A program made the translations under genes and the position numbers. Positions 12,601 to 24,600 of a stretch of 64,000 bases of DNA are shown here, one piece after another (positions within the stretch are counted from its first letter, which is position 1; each line of letters starts with the position of its first letter). The DNA lies in NCBI GenBank assembly GCA_963514005.1, contig OY740791.1, forward strand, positions 39,804,001 to 39,868,000, in the 5' to 3' direction. Source of the DNA: Raja brachyura. Lineage: Eukaryota. The notes below the pieces were generated by a model. That model saw nothing but the letters and a program-made list of their open reading frames with translations, ran no database searches and was not told the DNA's origin.

Positions 12601-15600
12601 GATTTCACATGACCCTTATCCTAGTCACAAAATAAAAGGTAATGTTTAGTACTGATTGACCACTTTACCCCCTGGGAAAAAGACTTTCCGATGCCAAGAA
12701 AGTACAGCTAGAATCGTGGCATAGTGCCAAATAATAATATTTAGGATTACCAGTACTCTTCAAAAGACTCTGATCAGGGAACATATTTTGCAGGGAAGGT
12801 GATGAAGGAGGCTTGTCCTGAATGAGGGGTGGAAGATTGCAACCTTCATGTGGTCCGCCATGTTTCGACGAATGCAATCAACCCAGCGTGCACAATCAAA
12901 TAAGATCAAATAGAACAAGTTGTCCTTCAACTTTAGACTATGCACGCAATACGCAAGAAGAAGAAGAAGTCCTGAATGGCATAATATCTGTAGAGAGTTG
13001 TTGTTGCTGTGACCATCCTGGTAAGTGGAGAGAATTCGACTGCAATTCTGCTTTGGGGCAAAGTGGAAAAGCCTTGGGTATCTGGGAATAAGTCCCAAAT
13101 TACAATGAACTGTCTATTTCAAACTCTAGACCAGCAGGCGTATCTAGGTCATCTTTCAGCTGCTTCTTCGCCTTTACATGTTCAGTCCACTAGCAAGGAA
13201 ATGCTGTAAATAGATCAGCGTTTAAGTTGCTCGCAAACATAAACATTGCTGTGGTGCAGCAGTCAAACACACACTTTCAGTGTGCAAAAGCAAGCACTCC
13301 CACAGCAGGGATGATGTACTCCAGGTGAAACTATCTCAACCATTGAAGAATGAACAGGTGTCATTTTGTTTACACATTCTGATGTGGGTGTGACTGGCAA
13401 GGACAGCATTTAATGCCAATCTTTGTTCCAAATGTTCACTGGCATCATTCCCCAACTCCTTCTCCGCTTCACTGATGACTGCATCGGGGCTGCCTCCTGC
13501 ACACATGCAGAACCCAACGATTTATTAGCTTTACCATTAACTTCCACCCTCTCAAATTCACAGACTATCTCTGACACCTCTCTCCCCTTCCTTGATCTCT
13601 CTGTCTCTGTCTAATGGCCAGACTATCCACTAATATCTACTACAAACCCACTGACTCTCACAGTTATATGGACTACACCTCCTCTCACCCAGCCTCTTGC
13701 AAAGACAGTATCACCTATTCTCAACTTTGAATTCAACTTTAATTGTGCAGAGACTACAATTGACTACATTAGTAATCAACTGCTAGAAAAAGCTATTTTT
13801 CAGTAGCTATCTCACAGTCATCACAAAACACGTTCAACATAACTGACAATTTCCATTACTTTTCTTACAATGTTACCCACGTGCCTATCCTTCATGAAGA
13901 TATGAAAACCCTGTAAAAAATGCAAATGGTTCTTTTGTGGTTAGCACAGGAAGAGGTTTTCTGGGGCAGTGATGCACGTTTACCCGTGCCAGATCAACCC
14001 AATACGGGTCCTGCATGAAATTCATACGACATGCACATTATCATCTTCACACAAGCCAGCCCTGACCACAAAGTTCAATTACTTTGTGAGTCAGAACAGG
14101 TTGTAATCTTATGAGTTGCAAGTTACTGAAGTGTATTCTGAGGGTTACGATATACAGGCATTTGGAATGGGCAAGGGCTGATTTGGGATAGACAGCATGG
14201 TTTTGATAGGCATTTCTGCGGCCGCAAACGAGACTCCAGGATGGTATGTTGCCTCCCGGGTGCAAAGGTCAGAGATGTCACTGAACGGCTGCAGAACATT
14301 CTGGAGGGGCAGGGTGAACAGCCAGTTGTCGTGGTGCATATTGGCACCAACGATATAGGTAAAAAAAGGGATAAGGTCCTACAAGGTGAATTTAGGGAGC
14401 TAGGAGATAAACTTAAAAGTAGGACCTCAAAGGTAATAATCTCTGGATTATTACCAGTACCATGGGCCAGTCAGAGTAGAAATAGGAGGATATTACAGAT
14501 GAATACGTGGCTTGAAAAATGGTGCAAGGGGGACGGATTCAAATTTTTAGGGCACTGGAACCATTTCTGGGGGAGGTGGGACCAGTACAAACAGGATGTT
14601 CTGCACCTGGGCTGGAATGGAACCAATGTCCTTGGGGGAGTGTTTGCTAGTGCTGTCGGGGAGGATTTAAACTAATGCGGCAGGGGGATGGGTACAAGAG
14701 CAGAGAGGCAGGTGGGTGTAAAACAAGGGTGGAAGCAATAGGGAGCAAGGTGAAAAGTAAAAGTGGCAGGCAGACAAAACCAGGGCAAAAATCAAAAAGG
14801 GCCACTTCTCAACAAAATTGTATAAGGGGTAAGAGCATTGTAAAAACAAGCCTGAAGGCTTTGTGTCTCAATGCAAGGAGTATTCGTAATAAGGTGGATG
14901 AGTTGAACGTGCAGATAGCTATTAATGAGTATTGGGATCACGGAGACATGGCTCCAGGGTGACCAAGGCTGGGAGTTGAACATCCAGGGATATTCAATAT
15001 TCAGGAGGGATAGAGAGAAAGGAAAAGGAGGTGGGGTAGCGTTGCTGGTTAGAGAGGAGATTAACGCAATGGAAAGGAAGGACATTGGCTTGGAGGATGT
15101 GGAATCGGTATGGGTAAAGCTGCGAAACACTAAGGGGCAGAAAACTCTGGTAGGTGTTGTGTACAGGCCACCTAACAGTAGTAGTGAAGTTGGGGATGGT
15201 ATCAAACAGGAAATTAGAAATGCGTGCGACAAAGGCAAAACAGTTATAATGGGTGACTTCAATCTACATATAGATTGGGTGAATCAAATTGGCAGGGGCG
15301 CTGAGGAAGAGGATTTTTTGGAAAGTATGCGGGATAGTTATCTAATTCAACATGTAGAGGAACCAACGAGAGAGCAGGCTATTTTAGACTGGGTATTGAG
15401 TAATGAGGAAGGGTTAGTTAGCAGTCTTATTGTGCGTGCCCCTTTGGGCAAGAGTAACCATAATATGGTCGAGTTCTTCATTAGGATGGAGAGTGACATT
15501 GTTAATTCAGAAACAATGGTTCTGAACTTAAGGAAAGGTAACTTTGAGGGTATGAGACGTGAATTGGCCAAGATTGACTGGCAATCAATTCTAAAAGAGT

Positions 15601-18600
15601 TGACGGTGAATACGCAATGGAAGACATTTAAAGACTGCATGGATGAGGACTTCCGGTGGCGCTTCGGAGTAGGAGGAACTAGCGCCGTCCAGCTCCGCAA
15701 AAATTGTTTCAAAAACGGGAGAAAACGGGGTTATTTATAGCTACTCACCAGAGAGGAACGTTTGTGAACGGCACCGGCAGCTAGATAAGGTCCGTGACGT
15801 CATCAGGTGCGCGACTTTTACAGCGTTAATGTCGATTCAAAGTACCCCCCCCTCCCAAAGTGAAAAAAACAGTGCCGAAAAAAGAGATAGGCCCAGCTGA
15901 AGCCTCGACCTCGAGTTTGACTGGCTCTCTGGAGGATATCCCAAAGAAGAAATCAGAAATGGAGGATCGGAAAACTACCATTATGGGTGAGCTTAAAAAA
16001 ATGAAAAAAGAATATAAAGAAGAATTTAAGTTGCTCAGAGCTGATATTGAAGTATTTAAAGAGCAAGTTAAAGAGGAGTTGAAAAAAGAAGTTGTAACCA
16101 CAGTAAAAATTATGATAGATGAATGGAAGACAAAAGCAGATGCTGATCTAAAACAACAGATGGATGAAGTAAATCAGAAAGTTGGTGGTTTGGAACTCGC
16201 GGTTGATCTCAAGTTGGAACCTATTAAGAGAACACTTGATCAACAACACGATGCAATAAAGGAATTGACCAGTATTGCTGACTCGAGTGCTAAGGCGAAT
16301 GAGAAACTTCTCTCCGAGAACAAGCGTTTAACAGACTTATTGAATAAAATAACTGAGAAATGTATTGACTTGGAGGGAAGGCAACGGCGCAAGAACTTGC
16401 GTATCGTGGGTGTACGTGAAGGCAAGGAGGGAGCTCAAGACACCAGAGAGTTTGCTGCAAATCTTCTGAAGAATGTCTTGAATCTGGATCAAGCACCCCT
16501 ACTTGGCCGAGCGCACAGAGCACTGAGACGACGTCCAAAGACGGGTTCGCCACCAAGACAACTGATTGTGAAAGTGGTCTACGATCATGTTTTGGAAGAT
16601 ATGATGAAGATAATAATTCGCAAACAGAATCTGTTTTATGATGGTGACAAGATCAGCATATTCAGAGATTTTCCTGCGGAAGTGGCCAGGAAGAGCCCTC
16701 TTTACTGAAACAAGGCACATCCTCAGGAATATAAAGGGCATGAGATATGGCCTGATGTACCCTGCCACATTACGAGTAAGCTATGATAATAAAGAGCACC
16801 ACTTCACTAAACATACCGAAGCTCTGGAGTTTGCCCGTAAAATCGAGAAGGAGTTGGATGAGGAAGAAGAAGGAGAAGCAGAGGGAACACAGAGAGAAGA
16901 TGAAGATGAGGATGAAGAATAACGAACTTGAATCATACTCAACACTTACCTGATGCCGATGTTCACCCAGCAATAAGGAGGAAGAATGATGAACTTTTAA
17001 AATTATTGGACTTGGAGAGCTCAATGATTATTAATAACAAATTAATATACAATAGTATTAGTTTAGTACTAACCATTATTAACAAATGTATGTGATACCT
17101 CCTTAAACAATTTAAAATGATAGCAGTAATTAAAACAATATAGCATTAATAAGAATGGAAATGTAACACCCCGCCCCTAAATATATTGCCCTTAAGGCAT
17201 TTACGGAGCTGGAAATATAAACATCTTTTTTTTCCCCCAACGGAAGTCCGTAGATTAATAGCCGCGCTAGTGTGGCTTACACTAACATCACCTAACGTAG
17301 CTATAGACACTTTTTCTTTCCTGCACTTTTCTAATAATATTATTAACTCTTTTTCCTTTTATTTTTATATTATTTTTTTTTATATATATGTGGAATTATA
17401 TTACTTTACTTTTGAATGGTATTATACAGTAGACTGGAGGGGATATGTATGTCAGATAATGTTATTAGTATTAGTTGATCACAAACTAGGGTATGAAATT
17501 GGGATGTATATGCTGAGACATCTACCTCATTATAATCCACCATAATACCCAAATGCAAGATAGTAATAAGAAAAAGGGGGGTGATGGAATCACCTTCTGT
17601 AGTTGGAATGTAAAAGGTATTAATGAACCAATTAAAAGAGGTAAGGTTTTGGCGCTATTAAATAGAATGAAAGCTGATATAATTTATCTTCAAGAGACAC
17701 ATCTAAAAAAGGATGCACAATATAGATTAACGGCAAATTGGATTTCTAGGGTGTATCATTCATCATTTACTCATAAATCTCGAGGAGTTGCCATCCTTAT
17801 TCGTAAAGGTATTCAGTTTAAACATAGTTCAATAATAGAGGATCCTGAAGGTAGATATATAATAGTTACGGGTGAACTATACTGGAAGAAGGTTGTACTT
17901 ATGAATATATATGGCCCAAATTTTGATAATCCGCTATTTTTTAAGAAAATATTTAACACTATTCCTATAGTAACACAGCACAATCTAATAATTGGGGGCG
18001 ACTTAAATTGCACTTTGGATAATTATTTGGATAGATCATCAACCAAAGGGAAGGCTATTTCTAAATCAGGCAAATTCATAAATTCCTTTATTAGGTCAGC
18101 TAATGTCAAAGATATTTGGAGAAATGATAATCCTAATGGTCGAGAATACTCATTTTACTCTCTGGTATTTGGAACATACTCTAGGATAGATTATTTCCTA
18201 ATAGAATCAAAACTTGTCCCATTTACGTATGACTCAAAATATCATAATATTATTATCTCGGATCATGCTCCATTAACATTCAAGATTAATTTAAAGGGTA
18301 TAACTAAATTCGCAATGGAGATTTAATCCTCATATATTAAATGATAAAGCGTGCTCAGATTATCTGGTTAAACAGATTGAATTATTTTTTGAAACCAATG
18401 ATAAACCTGGAATCTCATCATCTCTTTTATGGGACACATTTAAAGCTTTTATACGGGGTGCTATAATTTCTGCGCAGGTACATCTGAACAAGGAAAATCG
18501 AAAGATTCAACAGAAATTGGAAAATGAAATAAGGCAGTTGGACATGGAAAATGCTGTGTCTCCATCTAGGGTTATACATAATAAAATTGCAACATTAAAA

Positions 18601-21600
18601 TATAAATTAAATGAGATACAATCAAAGTATGTTATTAAACTTTTTCAAAAGACCAAACAAGTATATTTTGAATTTGGGGATAAACCGCATAAATTGTTAG
18701 CTCGGCAACTAAGAAAATCAGAAGAAGAAAAAATGATATATAAGGTCAAATCTGAACAAGGAGAAATATTAACTTTACCAAAAGACATTAATGATAGATT
18801 CCAACAATACTATCAAAAACTTTATACATCAAAGGTGATGGATCAACCCGAGGGAATGGAAACGTTTCTCCAGAAATGTCACATTAATGGATTAGATCAG
18901 GAAGGTAGAGAATTATTAGATGCTGAAATATCAGCAAAAGATATTGAGGAATCAATTAGATCATTAGATTAAAGCTGCAGGACCCGACGGTTTGGGTGTT
19001 GAATTTTATAAGAAGTTTCATGATTTGATCGTCCCACGGCTACAAACTATGTACAAAACTGCCTACGAACAAGAACAACTTCCAGAAACCCTAAAAGAAT
19101 CTACGATTACACTTATTCCTAAAGCAAACAAAGATCCAGAAGATCCAGGATCATACAGAGCAATAGCTCTTTTAAATACAGATCAAAAAATATTAACAAA
19201 AATGTTATCTCAAAGGTTAAGTTTAGTGATCAATAGATTAATACATCATGATCAAACAGGTTTTATTCCTAAACGTTACTCCACTTATAATTTAAGACGT
19301 CTATTTAATATCATTTACTCGAAAAGAATGATTGATATTGAATTAGCAATTATATCCCTGGATGCGGAGAAGGCGTTTGACCAGGTTGAATGGCCTTACT
19401 TATTTAGGATAATGCAGAAATTTCAACTGGGAGAAGGATTTTGCAAATGGGTTAGAATTTTATACTCTGGCCCAACAGCAAGAATCCTAACAAACCAAAT
19501 GTTATCAGCAAAATTTAATCTTTCTAGGGGTTGTAGACAAGGCTGTCCGTTATCACCCTTATTATTTGCACAAGCTATAGAATTATTGGCCGAAAGGATT
19601 AGATCAGACCAGAATTTTATGGATATAATACTAAAACCACAATTAACACAATATCTTTATATGCAGATGATTTTTTAATATACATAACAAAACCGGAGAT
19701 TAGTATTCCTAAATTACTTGAAGTTATAAATGAATTTAGTAGGTTCTCAGGATATAGAATTAACTGGAATAAAAGTGAAATTATGCCTATAATAGGAATT
19801 AAATTGAATAAATTACAAAAATTTCCATTTAAAATAGCTAATAATCAAATTAAATATCTTGGAATTAATGTATCAAAATCTTATAACTCTTTATTTAAAT
19901 CAAATTTCCCCCAATTATTAAATAAATTTAAAAATATTTTATATTGGAAAACATTACCGATATCAATGATCGGTAGAATAAATGCCATTAAAATGATTTT
20001 TTTGCCACAATTACTATATTTATTTCAAGCCATCCCGTTATATCTTCCTAAAAATTTTTTTTTTTTAATTGATTCTATAGTTAACAGCTTTATTTGGGAT
20101 TATAAAAATCACAGAATAAGTAAAACACACTTATGTAAGTCTAAGATAAATGGTGGCCTAGCTCTACCTAATTTTTTATATTATTTTTGGGCGGTTCAGA
20201 TTAAGAACTTTAATTATTGGTTGGTACAGATGGAACAGGACCCGGTTTGGTTAAGAATAGAAAAGGAAGATTGTTTCCCATTCGATATAAGCACAATATT
20301 CCTTGCCCCTGGAGTGGTACAAAAAAAAACATATAAGGAAAATCCTATAATTTTAAATAATATACGTATTTGGAAACAAATCATTAAGACTTTACATTTA
20401 GAAACTATGCCACTTTGTTTACCAATTATGAATAATCCTATGTTTAAACCGTCGACATTGGATGTGGGGTTTAGACATTGGAAAAATTTAGGAATAATAA
20501 GGATAGAACATCTTTATAGGAATGGGAAATTTCTCTCATTTCAGGAGTTGAAAGAGATTTATGGATTGCAAGCAAATAATTTATTTAGATATTTACAAAT
20601 TAGAGATTATGTCAAATTAAATACGCAAGATTACAGAAATAGAGATCCAGGTTTACTGGATGAAGTACTTAATAAGCATCCAACAACAGAAAAATTAATA
20701 GCATATATATATAATATTCTTTTGGACAGGGAAATGCCAAAAACTGAATTATTTCAACAAAAATGGGAAAATGAAATTGGTTTACCGATATCAGAAGATT
20801 TTTGGGAAGAAAGCTTACAACGAATTCATCGCTGTTCGTTAAATGCCAGACATACTTTGATACAATTCAAAGTAATACATAGATTACACTACTCAAAAAA
20901 GAAATTAAATAGAATGTTTCCTAATATATCACCATTGTGTGATAAATGTCAGCACATAGAAGCTGATTTAACTCATAGTTTTGTAATATGTACAAAACTT
21001 AATAGTTATTGGACTGAGATTTTCAAAATTATTTCCATAGTTTTAAAGATTACATTAAGCCCTGACCCAAAATTAATTATATTTGGGGTTTCAGATTCAA
21101 ACCAAACTTTAACAGCAAATCAAAGAAATTTTCTGGATTATAGTTTAATAATTGGAAAAAAATTAATATTAAAATTTTGGAAGGGACCATTATCCCCGAC
21201 AATTAAAATGTGGACAGTGGAAATGTTGGAGACGTTACAACTGGAGAGAATTAGGTTTATCCTAATGGATAAACTTAGGCTTTTTGAACAAATATGGTCT
21301 CCATTCACTGAATATATGAAGGGGTAGCTGGGCTCGGCATTGAAACTCAATAAGTACCCGGTGGGAAGATCAAACAAAAATGTTTAATTTCAGATTTATA
21401 TACTTGTCTCTATATATTATAATTAAAAATTGTTCCATTCATTGATAAGATGTATACTGTTTTCTTTTCCTCAAGTATAATAATTGTTTACTAGTTATAG
21501 GTTTTTTTTTGTTTTCTTTTATTATTATTTTTATTTTTTATTTTTTTATTTTTTTCCCTTTTAATCAAATATAATCATATTCTTCAAATTACTCACTATT

Positions 21601-24600
21601 CTTTCTTTATACTTTTTTCTTTTTCTCTTTTTCATACTATAAAAAAAATGGAGGCCTATATACATGGTTTGGTAATATTTATATAATTTTGGAAAGATGT
21701 ATTAATTATATCTGAAAAAATTGTTATATTATTTGTAATGTGTATGGCCTCTAATGAAAATAAATTAAAAAAAATAAATTTTAAAAAAATTAAAAAAAAG
21801 ACTGCATGGATGAACTACAAAAATTGTTCATCCCAGTTTGGCAAAAGAATAAATCAGGGAAGGTAGTGCATCCGTGGATAACAAGGGAAATCAGGGATAG
21901 TATCAAAGCAAAGGATGATGCGTACAAAGTAGCCAGAAAAAGCAGCATACCAGAGGACTGGGAGAAATTCAGAGACCAGCAGAGGAGGACAAAGGGCTTG
22001 ATTAGGAAAGGAAAAATAGATTATGAAAGAAAACTGGCAGGGAACATAAAAACTGACTGCAAACGTTTTTATAGATATGTGAAGAGAAAGAGATTAGTTA
22101 AAACAAATGCAGGTCCCTTGCAGTCAGAAACAGGTGAGTTAATCATGGGGAACAAGGATATGGCGGACCAATTGAATAACGACTTTGGTTCCATCTTCAC
22201 TAAGGAAGACATAAATAATCTGCCGGAAATAGCAGGGAACCGCGGGTCAAAGGAGGACTTGAGTGAAATCCAGGTTAGTCGGGAAGTGGTGTTGGGTAAA
22301 TTGAATGGATTAAAGGCCGATAAATCCCCAGGGCCAGATAGGCTGCATCCCAGAGTACTTAAGGAAGTAGCTCCGGAAATAGTGGATGCATTAGTGATAA
22401 TTTCCCCCTTATCCTTAAGGATTTCCCCCTTATCCTTAAGCTGTGACCCTATGTCCTGGACCTCCCCAACATCAGGAACAATCTTCCTGCATCTAGCCTG
22501 TCCAACCCCTTAAGAATGTTGTAAGTTTCTATAAGATCCCCTCTCAACTCCTTCTTTATTGCTCAATGTTGCCACTTTCCTATGCTCTCCTATGCCTTCT
22601 TTATTGCTCAATGTTGCCACTTTCAGGGAGTTGTGGATTGAACCCAAAGATTCCTCTGTACATCAATGGTGTTACGGGTCTTACGATCAATTATATTTTT
22701 TCCCCTTACATTGGACCTCCCAAAGTTCAACACCTCACACTTGCTTAGAGTAAACTTAATCTGACATTTCTCTCCTCGTTTCTGTAGCTGATCAGTATCC
22801 TGCTGTGACTTTTGACAGTCTTCCCCTTAGTCCGTGACTCCAGCAATCTTGTTGCCTTCTACAAACTTACTAAGCAACATTAGTAACCAATATTTACACC
22901 CAAGTCATTAAAAATATCACAAATAAGGGAGACTGCAGCACAGATCCCTGGCGGAACTCCACTGGTCACAGTCTGAATATTGTCCGTTCAATATAACCGT
23001 CTGTCTCCATCACTAAGACAATTCTGAATTCATACGATCAAGTCACTGCTTCTTAATATTCTGGATCAGCCTAGCATAGGATACTTTATCAAATATGTGA
23101 CAAAAGTCTCTGTAGACAATCTTCGTCACCTCCTCAAAAAACTCAATCAAGTTAGTCAAACATGACCAGCCTTGTACAAAACCATACTGACTGTCCCCAT
23201 TCTCTTCCAAATAGGAGTAAATCCTATCCCAAATAATCCTCTCCAATTGTTTCCCGATCACTGGCGTGAGGATCACCAGCCTATGATTTCTTGGATTCTC
23301 TTGACTTCCCACCCCAGGGCCAGATAGGCTGCATCCCAGAGTACTTAAGGAAGTAGCTCCGGAAATAGTGATAATCTTTCAAAACTCTTTAGATTCTGGA
23401 GTAGTTCCTGAGGATTGGCGTGTAGCAAACGTAACCCCTCTTTTTAAGAAGGGGGGGAGAGAGAAAACGGGGAATTACAGACCAGTTAGTCTAACATCGG
23501 TAGTGGGGAAACTGCTAGATTCAGTTATTAAAGATGGGATAGCAGCACATTTGGAAAGTGGTGAAATCATTGGACAAAGTCAGCATGGATTTACAAAAGG
23601 TAAATCATGTCTGACGAATCTTGTGGAATTTTTCGAGGATGTAACTAGTAGCGTGGATAGGGGAGAACCAGTGGATGTGGTGTATCTGGACTTCCAGAAG
23701 GCTTTCGACAAGGTCCCACATAAGAGATTAGTATATAAACTTAAAGCATACGGCATTGGGGGTTCAGTATTGATGTGGATAGAGAACTGGCTGGCAAACA
23801 GGAAGCAAAGAGTAGGAGTAAACGGGTCCTTTTCACAATGGCAGGCAGTGACTAGTGGGGTACCGCAAGGCTCAGTGCTGGGACTCCAGCTATTTACAAT
23901 ATGCATTAATGATCTGGATGAGGGAATTGAAGGCAATATCTCCAAGTTTGCGGATGACACTAAGTTGGGGGGCAGTGTTAGCTGTGAGGAGGATGCTAGG
24001 AGACTGCAAGGTAACTTGGATAGGCTGGGTGAGTGGGCAAATGTTTGGCAGATGCAGTATAATGTGGATAAATGTGAGGTTATCCACTTTGGTGGCAAAA
24101 ATAGGAAAACAGACTATTATCTAAATGGAGGCCGATTAGGAAAAGGGGATATGCAGCGTGACCTGGGTGTCATGGTACACCAGTCATTGAAAGTAAGCAT
24201 GCAGGTGCAGCAGGCAGTGAAGAAAGCGAATGGTATGTTAGCTTTCATAGCAAAAGGATTTGAGTATAGGAGCAGGGAGGTTCTACTTCAGTTGTATAGG
24301 GTGTTGGTGAGACCACACCTGGAGTATTGCGTACAGTTCTGGTCTCCAAATCTGAGGAAGGACATTATTGCCATAGAGGGGGTGCAGAGAAGGTTCACCA
24401 GACTGATTCCTGGGATGTCAGGACTGCCTTATGAACAAAGACTGCATAGACTCAGTTTATACTCTCTAGAATTTAGGAGATTGAGATGCGATCTTATAGA
24501 AACTTACAAAATTCTTAAGGGTGGACAGGCTAGATGCAGGAAGATTGTTCCCGATGTTGGGGAGGTCCAGGACAAGGGGTCACAGCTTAAGGATAAGGGG

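Noticed and set aside
12564-12620. Short exon-like segment with AG/GT boundaries
   Set aside because: Stop codon in phase 1, so it is incompatible with the flanking exons.
15647-15700. L1 5' pseudoknot as an HDV-like ribozyme
   Set aside because: P1/P2-like nesting exists, but there is no P3 with a UYCHCG loop and no C-x-A-A J4/2 in any copy.
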